From NCBI GenBank assembly GCA_000165425.1, contig CT867995.1, positions 1 to 64,000 of the forward strand: a stretch of DNA of 64,000 nt, written 5' to 3'. Origin of the DNA: Paramecium tetraurelia. Its lineage: Eukaryota. Position 1 is the stretch's first letter; each line of letters opens with the position of its first letter. Under the pieces are notes generated by a model, which saw only the letters and a program-made list of their open reading frames with translations, did no database searches and was not told the DNA's origin. The translations under genes and the position numbers were made by a program. This document shows positions 39,964 through 52,374 of this stretch, piece after piece.

Positions 39964-40347
39964 TCATTAGATTAATATGACATTTTGTATGTGTTCTCCA
40001 GGTATGACGACGCTGCCAACATAGTATTTGTCTTTCATAAATTGATCATTGAATGCCTTGGCCTCATCTACCTTTTTTTATAATTCTTATTTTGTTTCTT
40101 CAGTGGCTTTATTGTAATTGTTATAGGCTTCTCTAATTGATTCGTCATTTGTAAAGTATTTGGCTGGGAATTAGGGTGTGTAGTGAAATTCTATATCTAG
40201 ATCCAAGGGTGATGGGTGAGTGGCAACAGAGTGTTAGAGTATGATAGAAAAAGGTGAGGAGATACATGAAAGCACTCCATAGATGACTCTGTTGTCTGAA
40301 CAAACCACTTTGACACTTTTATTCAAGTATTAAGATTGATCACTCAT
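39964..40347 (-). CDS. Sm/LSm-fold protein, most like the NatC auxiliary subunit Naa38/Mak31
   Basis: Sm1 YLNKSVKVVCSDNRVIYGVLSC...IIL and Sm2 YVGSVVIPGEHIQNV, separated by a long insert. Confidence 0.7.
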
Positions 40348-40371
40348 TTAATTAATTTAATATTTCAAATG

Positions 40372-41062
40372 TCACTTATCTTCATCTGAAGAGTCGTCAT
40401 CTTTACTATTCTTTCTAACCTTGATCATGCCATATCTTAAAAGTCTATAAATTTATTTCTTTTATATTTTACATGTGTGCTAAAGTGCCAGTTTCGAAGG
40501 TGTCCTTACCTCCCATATCTTCGAACCCTACAATTCTGTTTTTTAAGACTCCATTCACAAATAAGCATACTGTTGGTAGAACTTGTATTTGTAGTTTGCC
40601 TACAAAAAAGGGTGCCTTTTCTGCATTCAAACAATAGAATTTGGTCTCAGGATGTCTATCAATCATATGAATAATTTACTATTATGATATTGCTTAGAGA
40701 TGTTTGTCCATGATTTTGCATCTTTCAAAATCACGATGGAAGAAATGAACAACACTGAATTCAGATTTAGTAACAGATGGTAAGAATTCTTCCTCAACTA
40801 TTTCTCTATATTCTCCAAATCCCTTATTCTTTTTGAGCATGGCCTCTTGCAATTCTTTGGCTCTTTGTTCTCTCATCTTCTTCAACATCTCTTTCAAATC
40901 TTCATCATCACAATCATCCTCGTCCTCTTCTTCGTATTGTCTTCTTGCTGCTCTCCTTCTCTCCTCTTCCTATTACTTGGCCTACTATTCTTTCATCTTG
41001 TCTTTCAAGGCCCTCTCCATTACAGTTTCGACCAACATATTGCCCATCAATGAATTACTCAT
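40372..41062 (-). CDS. TXNDC9: Phosducin-like/thioredoxin-domain protein (TXNDC9/PhLP3 type)
   Basis: GFGEYREIVEEEFLPSVTKSEFSVVHFFHRDFERCKIMDKHL, NAEKAPFFVGKLQIQVLPT and IVGFEDMGGKDTF. Confidence 0.93.
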
Positions 41063-41133
41063 TTTATTTAAATTTTAAACTAATGTGAATCAAACAAAAA
41101 TTGTATTAATATTTACATAAAAAAATATCTCAA

Positions 41134-41497
41134 TCATTCTTCTTCCTCATCTTTTACCTTGTGTTTTTACATATATAATCTAACCAATTGCTTGGTTTTT
41201 AGTAATCTGGTTTATGTAATCTTGATTGTAGGTTTCGATGGATTGAATTTCTAATGATGAGATCTATTGAATTATTTAAAAATCTTACCTGCACTAACTA
41301 GGAGTTCTTGTTCCTATTATCTAACTCATCCTTTTGAATAATCTTTGACCCTTGCTATGATTCGCATTCTCTTGCAAAAAACGAAGATATGATTCGTGTT
41401 CTTCCTAATTCCAATGGCCTGCTTTCTTTTAAATCTTTTTGGAACTCTCCTGGATATCGCTTTAAGATTTTGTTACTTCTGAATCGTTGGATGGCAT
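41134..41497 (-). CDS. Small SHAQKY-class Myb protein
   Basis: GHWNQEEHESYLRFL...LFKRMSQIIGTRTPSQCR/SHHQKF; one 25-nt intron. Confidence 0.88.
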
Positions 41498-42143
41498 AAC
41501 TTTGATTTTTAAATAAAATATATATTCCAAGATTTTATTAGTATTCTGAATCATTCAATATCATACATCTGTTTATTCAGATTTTCAAATCTACATTTCT
41601 TATCTTCTCCCTCTATCTTCAGTATTCTTTTCCATTCTCTGCTCCTCCCCCTTAACTCTCCTTATCAATTCGAATTCCCTCATTTCCACAAGTTTAGAAT
41701 TTCTTATCATACACAATAACTTTATATATAATACAATAAACGTATAATAGTATTTGTTTTCGTATTATTATCTCATCAACAGGAGATAATCGAAGCTAGA
41801 ATACTATCTATTTTAATCTTAATTTAAGAGTGAACATAATTGACATTATTGCCTCAATTATTTAATTTTTACTCTCAAATTAATTTAATTTATCTTTTTA
41901 TATTTAATATATTCCACTTTATATATATATAATTAACAATCAATATGAGATAATTCTACTACAAAACCACTTCAAATTAGATACAGGAGAATTCTCTTCA
42001 TTATTATTAACTGAGATCATATATTTCGAAAAGAAATAAGAAATTGGTATAATCATAGTCGAAATAAAAATATAAAAAGGTACTCAGAATGAATAAAAAT
42101 TATAAGAATCCTGTAAATAAAAATAACATATATATTCATCACC

Positions 42144-42497
42144 TCAAGAATTGATTTTTAGTACAATATCATCAGAATAACCAATTTCTACTCGACTTCT
42201 TCTAAATTTCTCAGGCTTCCTCATCGCTTTCCAATTTTCCTTCACGATCCAAACTAAAAAGAATATTGTAATAATCTCAATTATAATGAATACAATAAAT
42301 AATAGTATCTTGCAAAATTCAAAATCTTTAGTATCCTTGAAACTCCCTTTATAGTAAAAGCACTCTTAACAAAATTGAAAAGTAAAAAAATATATTTGCA
42401 CTCCCAAATGAATGATGCAGAGTAATAATATTGTCAATATAAAACATAGATAGATACGAAGGCTTTTGCAATTTAAAGCCCTTAATCTAATTTACAT
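42144..42497 (-). CDS. Small hypothetical two-TM protein (3' end uncertain)
   Basis: ATG at 42497, then IYLCFILTILLLCIIHLGVQIYFF and ILLFIVFIIIEIITIFFLVWIV, followed by a basic tail. Confidence 0.45.
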
Positions 42498-43447
42498 TTA
42501 TTATTTTTTGTTTTTTTTTTGGTTCTAAATTTTTATTTCTTTGACGCTAATCGCAAAAACCCCTAAATACATGATGCAATCAATCATTAAAAACATCCAT
42601 TTATCTCGAGTTAATAAGCATTTTCCATTTATTGTTAACTCTAATAATACAAAAACAATCATCAAAATTATAAAGGAGACAATTTTAATTTCTCTTATCC
42701 AATTCTTTCCTAAATTCCTTGATTTATAAATTAATTAGTCAACTTCAGGCATTTCATCTGCCATTTGATCTCAAATAAATTGTAGAATAAATGTTGAATA
42801 AATAAAAAATTAATTAAAGTGTATTAATCATAATCAGTATATAATTTTATGGAATATAATAATTTTAATTTTACTTGTCTAAATACTATTATTAGATATA
42901 TTAAATCTAAAGACTAATTTGGGGAATATTTGAAATGAAGAAGTATGATGATTATGGTTAATTATTATAGCTAAAAATATGAGGACTTAAAATATTATGT
43001 AAATACTGGTTCATATTTGAATAATTAATTTAGACTTGTTTGGATGAAATCCAAAAGGATAAATGATGCTTTCAATTCGAACATAAATATCGTAAGATTC
43101 TTTACTTAGAACAATACACGAATAGATCATAAAGCTATTAATATTTAAAAATAAAATGATATATTTGTTACACACATTGATCTTTCTATGCAATCTATAT
43201 AATTAAGTTATCTTTCTTTATTTGGATAGTAAAACCTGGAGAATCAAGTAATTGATACCTCTTACTTAGATTAGTTCTTTACCTTTAATATAAAATGAGG
43301 ATAAAATGAAAAATCTAAGGAGAGATTAAATAACATAGTACTTACGTTCTCAAAGGTTCTATTCATTTATGTTTACTTTTAATGTTTGACATTTATATAA
43401 TTATATAATATATCTAGTTATGAATTTTAATAGTTAATATAATTATT

Positions 43448-44831
43448 ATGATGAAAAACTTTACTGTTTTTGAAAAATTGGGAGAAGGTACTATTAATTC
43501 TATAAATACCAATTAAATTAGGGTCTTTCTCAACAGTGTTAAGAGTAAAACGGTAATCTGATCAATAAGAATATGCCATGAAAAAAGTGAGGATGGGATA
43601 ATTGAAGGAGAAGGAGAAAGAGAATTCTCTTAACGAGATTCGTATTCTGGCCAGCATTTCGCATCCGAATATAATTGCTTATAAGGAAGCATTCTATGAT
43701 GAGCAATCTCAAAGTTTGTGCGTAGTAATGGAGTATGCTGATAAGGGTGATTTGTAATAGCTGATCTAGTAACATATTCATTAGAAGTAATTTATCTAGG
43801 AAGCTGAGATATGGAAAATGATTTACTAAATGGCAATTGGTATTTATGTGATTCAATTCTTAGCATTGCGAACGTTACATCAAATGAAAATTTTGCATAG
43901 AGATTTGAAATCTGCGAATGTATTTCTACACTAGGGAAATTATAAATTGGGAGACATGAATGTATCTAAGGTGGCTAAAAAGGATTTGGTTTACACTCAA
44001 ACTGGAACTCCCTATTATGCAAGTCCTGAAGTATGGAGAGATTAGCCATATGATGCTAAAAGTGATATTTGGAGTTTGGGATGTGTTGCATATGAAATGG
44101 CAGCCCTTAAACCACCATTCAGAGCTTAAAACATGGAAGGATTATATAAAAAAGTATAGCGAGGTTTATACGAAAGAATACCGCCTAAATTTAGTGGTGA
44201 GTTAATGACTGTAATAGGATTATGCTTGCAGGTACAAAGCAAATAAAGACCCACTTGTGCTTAATTGCTTAACAACCCTATTTTATTGAGAAATGCCAGA
44301 TAATTTATTATAGAAAGTAGAGTTTCATAACAGACGTAGTCTTCTCAAGCAGGTTCAAACATACTCTTATAAACTATAAAGTTACCAAAGAATTTAAAAC
44401 ATTTGAAAGAGAAATTACCAAAATCAAAATACCTAATAGAAAGTGTCAATAAATCCTATGATGAGACATAAGCCAATAGTTCATTCTTGCCAAAGATTAA
44501 CAACACTAAAGAAATCAGACCTAATGGTTCGGTTCCACCCATCAAGAGTGATAGAAATCAATAATAGCAGCATCAACAGAATTCTTTACATGAAGAACGA
44601 TCTAAGTCGATTGTCAATTCAGTCCAATTGTTGGAAATGGAGAGAGTTAGATAAAAGAGACTATTAGAAAAGTAGCAGAACTTAAAGATCAGCATCATTC
44701 ATTAGAATGCCATTCCATATATAAACAGTTCGTCGTCTTAAATCCAAAATTTATATGCCAACAAACAACACAATACAAGAGATTCTCAAAAATAATATGT
44801 AGAAGCACCAAAACCTATATGGTGGGGATGA
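43448..44831 (+). CDS. NIMA-related Ser/Thr kinase (Nek/NRK)
   Basis: LGEGSFSTV, YAMKKV, NEIRILAS, HRDLKSANVFL, KLGDMNVSK, TQTGTPYYASPE, SDIWSLG; ends PKPIWWG. Confidence 0.96.
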
Positions 44832-44894
44832 TCATTAATGTAATTATTGTGTAGTTTCTCTTTATAATTATAATAAAATATATTTATATATTTA

Positions 44895-45519
44895 ATGCAA
44901 GAAGTAAAGAAGGAGCTTAAATTAATCATCGTTGGTGATGGAGCCATAGGCAAAACTTGTGCTTTGTTCAGCTATGTGAATGATAAATTCCCAACTGAAT
45001 ATGTGCCCACCGTTTTCGATAATACAATTACTTAAGTTGAAATTAATGGAGAATAGTACTAGTTGTCTTTATGGTATTTAATCATTGAGATATTTACAGG
45101 GATACAGCTGGACAAGAGGGCTATGAACATTTGAGATAAGTATGTTATTAAGGAACAGACATCTTCTTGGTTTGCTTTTCACTAGTGAGTGATGTTAGTT
45201 TTGAAAATGCTTTAAAAAAAGTAATTGATCTCATCATTTTAAGTGGCTGCCTGAAATCTCATTATACAACAAAAATGGGTTTATTATGTTCTTAGGCTTG
45301 AAAAAGGACTTGAGAGATCCCAAAAATCTAAATCATATATAAACTTAAGTGGCAGAATAAACCATTAAGAAGATGGGTTTCCAATATAGAGAGACAAGTG
45401 CTATGACTTAGGAAGGTTTAAAGGAGGCCTTTACATTTTCAATCTAAAGCCTCATCAAATCAAGACAAGAACATTAGAAAACAAAAAAACCCAAGAAATC
45501 AAGCTGCTAGTTGATTTGA
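44895..45519 (+). CDS. Rho/Rac-family small GTPase
   Basis: [42 protein letters not shown] and a CAAX box CQLI. Confidence 0.95.
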
Positions 45520-45537
45520 TATTAATTATTAAAAAAA

Positions 45538-46683
45538 ATGAATGAATAATTTAGAAAGTTTCTATTAAATCAAGAGAAAACTGAGATTTAATAAAAAAAG
45601 TCAGAAAATGCACCTCCAATCCGATTGAAAACATAATCCAAAAGAAAGACTAATGTGGATCTGGGTTAAGAAACATTTGTGTAAAAGAAAGTAAAACCAG
45701 ATGAGAAAGATGATAAAAAAGAGCCTAATCTCATGGTGAAATTATAGATGAATCCCGTTGACTTAGTAAAGTGTACTAAATAATACTCATATGGCAATTA
45801 TAAAAAATATTACCATCTAAGATTATAGTAAAAGTGGGAAGATCCAAGATTAACTATTTTAGATGGTTGTTACTTCACTGATAAATCAATTCTTGATATT
45901 GGTTGCAATGATGGGACATTGACTTTATTGATTGCACTAAAGTTTAAAATTAATATCATTTTTAAGACATTACCCTAAATTGATTAGAGGAATCGATATC
46001 GATTATACTTTGATCAATAAGGCAATTGAACAAATGGTTCATTTGGACGATTAATAGAAGAAAATACAGAAATAAGAATTCAAACCAATCATTGAGGATT
46101 TGCCTGTGAGTTTTGAGAAATACATGGAATAACCTAGTTAATATTAATTATAACATTAGTGTCTAAAGCAATAGAGGAATAATTTATTCATTAGACGATA
46201 GAGGATATGAACAAGGAGAACTAGCAAAACAGTATTTAATTTATTTAGATAGCAAAGGACAACACATTTCCACATAATGTCTATTTTCGAGTGCAAAACA
46301 TTATTGGTAATAAAAAGTACGATGAAAAATACGATACGGTTTTATGTTTATCGGTTACCAAATGGATTCATCTTAATTTTGGAGATGTTGGTATCAAGAG
46401 ATTATTCAAGACCATCTCTAATTCTTTGAATGAAGGGGGTCACTTTATTCTAGAACCACAAGAATGGAAGAGTTATAAAAAGAAGAAATACTATAGTACT
46501 GAATTCAAATAGAATTATAAGGAAATCCAATTAAAACCATAGGATTTCTCTAAGGTTTTGGAGAAGGAATATAATTTCAAGTTGATTTAATAGATAAATC
46601 CAGATGATGAAAGTGCAATAAAGAAGTCTAAAAGCACTTTTAGAAGACCAATTCTAATATTTGAAAAGTAGAAGGAGATTTGA
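45538..46683 (+). CDS. MEPCE: Bin3/MePCE-family RNA methylphosphate capping methyltransferase
   Basis: YGNYKKYY, DPRL, LDIGCNDG, GIDID, FPHNVYF, CLSVTKWIHLNFGDVG and ILEPQEWKSY. Confidence 0.93.
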
Positions 46684-46701
46684 CATTTATATATGTAAAA
46701 T

Positions 46702-48977
46702 TCATAACATATATATAAAATCATCCTCTATTAACAATTCATTTTCATTTTTTGGAGACTAGTCTAGTTTATCAAAAGCTATATAAAAATGTATGAATAC
46801 AAATAATGGATACATTTTCTTAAAGAACTTCTTCTTGCTTCTATTCTAAAAGTGGAATTGCCTTATCATGTGGTGACTTATCATGATTGGATAGTTATTT
46901 TTAAATCAACTTATCTAAACTAATGTCATTTTTTTGTATATTATAATATTATTATTACATAAGTTCCTCAAGTTTTTATAGTTCATCTATTTCCTGTTCA
47001 TCATCCTCCAAATATTATTATTACATAAGATTCTCAAAGTAGTTTGGATCTTGGATGTTATTATTATTGATAACCAGTATTTCAGACTTAATATTTTTGG
47101 TTTCTTACTAGTATTCCTATTACTCAGTTTTTTCAATTAATGAGTCTTGTTCAATTTGATTTGATTTGAGCATAGAAAATGAGAATTAATCCATCATCAT
47201 TCTTTCAATGTCAATAAGATTAATATTCGGTTTGATCTCTTCTTATTTGTTGTGATTTATCTGATAGAATTGCTAAGCCATTAGTTCTTCCAATTATTGT
47301 GATTCACTCAATTACTTATTTTAAACAACAGGTGGTAATCGTTCAATACTTTGTTCATTGCTTTTCACGTACTCACTGGATCTAATAGTTTGTATTTTTT
47401 CTAGACTTCCACTATGCATGATTGATTTATATTGCTGACTTGTTTGATTAATGGGAGGTTTGTGCACTTGATTCTTAAATATTTGATCTGGGATGCCATT
47501 GACAGAGATTTTGGCAATTTATGTGGGTCCTTCTTTTGGTCTAATCAACCCATTTTCGACTAAGGCATTTTTGTCTTAGTGGATATGATGAATGCCTATT
47601 TCCTTGATTTTAGATTCGATCTGTATCTTTCTTGTTACAACATTGCATAGATCATTGTGAGAGAGTAGCTGTGTTTCTTACATATTCTCAGTTCTATTGA
47701 AGTCTTGATGAATAGACTTCAATTATTACAGAACTTATTGATATTTACTTGAATCAGGATTGTTGCTCCTTCTTATCGAAACTGATAAGCCACCATGCAT
47801 ACTAGAACTAGACATATTGCTATTCTACAATTTGAAGGATTTTTTGTCATCATGTTTTGTATGATAGTGTTTTCTAGTAGAGATTATTACAGATTTCAGT
47901 GGTTCAGTTTCAAGATCTCAAATTAGAAATAAGTTGATACTTCTAAAGATAGAAAGAGTGAGCAACTGATTGGGTGTAGATCGTTCTTTTGGATTCAATT
48001 TAAAAATCTGATTGAAGATCTACAAAATGTCTTCTTATTTAGTTATGCGTTTGAATTGAAATAATTCTAGTCGATTTCAATATAATAATCATACATCCTT
48101 TGTTGATAGAGTTACGTATTTGATCTAGAGTAATGTCAGAAGATAAATGATGCCAAGGGGGCATTTTAGTGAGCATTTCTACAAATATACAACCAGCACT
48201 CCATACGTCTGAATACTGAGAGTACTCCTATCCATTGAAACATTCAGGAGCACTGTACATAGATAATTTGTATTTGTTTAGAATGTAGATGTCACTCAAT
48301 TTAGCATTTGCTTCTCCATCCACTAAGACATTTGATGTTTTTAGATTCCTTTTTTAAGATCAATGATACCTGTGTAGTATGCCTTAACTATGAAGATATT
48401 CTAATCCTTACAATATTTGTTTCATAAACATAATAGCAAGTTAAGGAGAAAACGAACTGAATTTCTACAACAACCAACTGATTGAACCTCCACTTTCATA
48501 AGGCATCAGTATTTTAATTTCATTTTAGATTACTTCATTTTTGAATACTGAGTAATCCCAACCTATTATTTGATGGATATTCTTGAAGTCCAACCGTTTG
48601 AGAATGTCTACAATACTTATCACATTGTCAAAATCATCTTCTGAACTTAATTTGAACTATGATTATAGAAATTAATACAATTTTTAATGCTAAAAGTTAC
48701 CCATTTAAAGTATTCAATGCAGAGTATACATTACATCCCTCCTAAATCAATTCACCTTAAATGTAATCATAAACTATGTTCTAGAGTTGATTATTACAGA
48801 TCTTACTTCTTCTTCTTCCTCCTCCTCTTATTCTTCACCCTATTACTCTGGAAAGTCCTCATTGTTAGACTCTCATATTTGAATATGCTATACTTTCATA
48901 CTCTTATCACTCAAATGTCCCCGATGAGCTACTTTCACTTCCTCGTTTTTCCTTTTGTAACACGGTGCTGTACCCAT
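46702..48977 (-). CDS. STE11/MAP3K-like probable pseudokinase with a long low-complexity C-terminus
   Basis: Starts MGTAPC. Kinase-fold motifs LALKI, YESGGSI, GLEYLHSQGILHRNLKTSNVL, KLSDIY, YSAPE, SDVWSAGC and PPW. The 3' end depends on the last intron choice. Confidence 0.85.
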
Positions 48978-49337
48978 TATAAATTATAATTATATAATAA
49001 ACTAATCAAAATTTATATGTTTTAAGACGAATTAAGATTTGAATTAGATTATTATTATTTATTCTTAAGACAATTAATTATCTAAATGAATAATCTTGGA
49101 ATTTCAAACAATAGGTTTTAATAAAAAGCCTAGCAAAAACGACAAAAATCCTTTGATTAGCCTCATCCTAATCAGAAGGCTCCAATCAATAACCAAGAAC
49201 TTGTCAATAATCACGAGTTTGAAATTACCCCTGACATTGTTAAACCAAATGTGCAAGTTCCCATCTTTCAAGATCCTAAGTTGATTGAAAATCTATAATA
49301 AAAAAAAAAATGATAAATATTAATAATTATTATATTA

Positions 49338-50658
49338 ATGGACGAGTCACAATTCAACTCACTGTAGAAAACCATAATAATCCCTCCAAGAAAACTATTT
49401 TAAACCATTTTACAAGAGTTCGAAACTCAGACCCCAAATTTCTAGTAATTCATCAATGAAACTCAATCAAATCCCTCCTTCATCAATGGTGAATTGATTC
49501 CAATCTTCATTATCTATGAATCTGAAGTCGACCTTGTCCATCAATTCCAACTCAAAAAGGATCAACAACTCTTACGATCCTACCCATCATATCATCAAAC
49601 CAATCTCTATGTGAATAATACCTATACAGAAACGAAAAAATAAACTTTAGAAGACAACAAAGTTATACATTGTAAAATCCTGGAAATCAATGTTAATGAA
49701 GAATTCGTAGATTAAGATTTAGAGTTGCTCATAATTGGTACTTATGAGCAGAAGTACTGCTATAATGGGATCAAAACTATTTTGAGAAATGAAATTCCTA
49801 AAGAATAATACAAACAATTGTCGTATTAGCACTCAATCATGGTCTAAGTACACAATGCATTCGATTTGGAATATAAGTATTTCGGAAATACAGTTAAGAT
49901 GAATATTGCATTTCAAATTAAATCGCATATCTAATTGGATAATATTGAAATGGACTTTCTTTTGAGTGAAAGCCAAATGATCTGGAAGGATGTTGGGATC
50001 AATAGAGTTGTACCTAAATGCATGTTACAGAATATATCAATTAACAAATAATACCTTAATAATGAGGAAGGATTCATAGAGGTTCTATTAGATTGGCCGG
50101 CTATGTTATAGAACGAATAATTGCAACCAGATCTTCCATCAAGAAGACTGAGCATAGTATAAGTCAACCCTGTATTGGAAATTAGAACACCTTTGTATAT
50201 TAGATGGGGATAACAAAAGTACACTAAATGCAACTATTTGCTGTGGAAGATTAAACCTATTTAAACAATTGGAGGAGAAATCAAAGAAGTGGTCAGATAT
50301 AAGGATGCTTAAAACCAAGAGTATTTAGCATTAAAAATAGTTCTTATTAATTATTCAGGCAAGGAACATGAGATTATATTCTGTCCTCCTTCTTAAATAT
50401 TCGGAAAGAAACTTAACCAGAAAAAAGATCAGCCTTTGGTAGTTTTAGGTATCACATTGTCAACGGAGAAAAATTTGGGAGTTTTGTAGCCGAATTAATT
50501 ATGTGAGACTATCTTGAGGGTTCAATTAATTAATAATGGAATTTTGAATATGCAACACATAAATCTTAAGATAGACAACTAATTAACTGAGTTGAGTTTG
50601 AATTTTTTATATTCTCATCAATGATTTGGGAAAATTTATTATTTATAGTAATGATTGA
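49338..50658 (+). CDS. Hypothetical beta-rich protein (C-terminus loosely like the Ig-fold tail of TRAPP subunits)
   Basis: ~440-codon intronless ORF under TAR=Gln; C-terminal LKIVLINYSG...NLGVLQPNQLCETILRVQLINNGILNM. The family call is weak. Confidence 0.75.
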
Positions 50659-50785
50659 AGTTAATAACAAAAGGGAAGGTTTTTCTGTAGTTGATGGAAG
50701 AAATGGAGTGTTGAATGTTAAAAAGGAAGGAGACAATGGTGGAGTAAATTATATAATAAATTATCTAACTTAATTTCAAAATTAA

Positions 50786-52338
50786 ATGACAGAACTTCTG
50801 TTGATTATGAATGTGAGAATAGATGAAGGGAGACAGGGTACAATCAATGTGCATTTGGGAGACGATCCTGAGGTGTTGGCTAGAGATTTCTGTATTGAAT
50901 ACAATGTGAACTAGAGGTTGGTTCCTTTATTGATAGAGAATATAAATAAAAATTTGGAAGTGGCTGAATAACAGAAAGTGAATGTAAGAGAAAGAGATTA
51001 ATGTATAGTCTAATTAAGATACCATGCAATATTCGACAGAAACATGCAATTCAAAATTTATGGAAACTCCATTCAATGAACCATTGCAGCAATTGTCAAC
51101 GAACAACTACTACTCAACTCATTCATCAGTTCATGAGAGACTATATGAAGATGCGAAGAATAAGAGATTGAAATAGAAGTTGAATATTTCGGATAGTAGA
51201 TCAAAGAAAATCAAAATTTAGGAGCCTGAAATAAATTATGGGTTATTTCTGTATCAGAAGGGTTTGAAAAAGAATGAGGAGAAATAGCAGAGAGCAGAGA
51301 GTGCGAAGAAGGATTTGTAGAACTCTTAATTAGTTGAATGTACTCATCATCCGAGGATAAATCATGTTTCAAGGTAATTGGCACAACGCAAAGGAGAGTG
51401 TGTGAGTGAACATTTGAATAGGTTGGCTTAGGAGTAGAAAATAAAGAGGGAGAATGCCAGTCAAGAACACTTAAAGACCGAAGTTTAGAGTTGTTCATTC
51501 AAGCCTTAAATAAATAGAATGTATTGGAAATGACTAATCTTAATAGATCAAGGTATATAGTGGAGGAAAGAAATGACCGAGGCAACTAGCCATGGTATCA
51601 GTCTTTGTATTCAGATTACGATTCCAAGAGGTAGAAATTGGAGCAATTGGAGAAGTAGTACTTCTCATCAAATTACACATTCCATCCAAAGATAGATTTA
51701 ATATCTGAGAAGATCGTATAGGGTAGCAGTTTTGAGTAGAGATAGAAGAATAGGTCGACATCAAGATAAAATTTGTCTGTGTGTGATGATGAGAACTAGT
51801 TGTTCAAACCTAAAACAGGTAGACCTCCTGAGAAGAGACCGAGAGATTTGTTTTAGAATTTGTATAATCATGCAAAGATTTACGAATAGAAAAGACAGAA
51901 TTAGATTGTCTAATTACATCAATAATAAATAAGTGCATCTTAGATAAGGGCGAGTGAAAGATCGAATTAGATGATTCAATCACAAATGCAGATTTAATTG
52001 ATAAAGATCTTTGAATCTTTGGATAGCGATAAGGATGGCTGCATCAATTCTGAGAACTGCGATGTGGGGGATTTGGAGGATAATGTTATCAAGATTTTGT
52101 CACCTTTACTTTTGGAAATGGAATCTGGAAATCATACTCTCAATAAGAAGGAATTCGTAGAATCTGCCGAAAGATTAGTGGCCATTCTCTCTCCAGGTGA
52201 CAAACATGAACTATTGAAAAGACCTGGCAGGAAAACTGATGTTCCTCAATTTAGTTTTAATGTGTGTAATTATTCTTTATATAATAGCCATCTGTCAATA
52301 AGAGATCTTAAAAAATTGTGGCAGCTAAAAGGAATTGA
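50786..52338 (+). CDS. Coiled-coil protein with repeated C-x-F/H-x-P-x-I-N and RLY motifs and a degenerate EF-hand (ciliate cytoskeletal-type family)
   Basis: N-terminal GTINVHLGDDPEVLARDFC; SVHERLYEDA; CTHHPRIN; CSFKPQIN; FKPKTGRPP; IFESLDSDKDGCIN. Confidence 0.8.
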
Positions 52339-52374
52339 AGATTTTAATTAATTTTTATATTAAAAATATAACTT

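Noticed and set aside
43950..43965. DMN instead of DFG in the NIMA kinase as a sign of inactivity
   Set aside because: DMN/DLN variants are common in ciliate Nek kinases, and HRD, the catalytic Lys and the SPE segment are intact.
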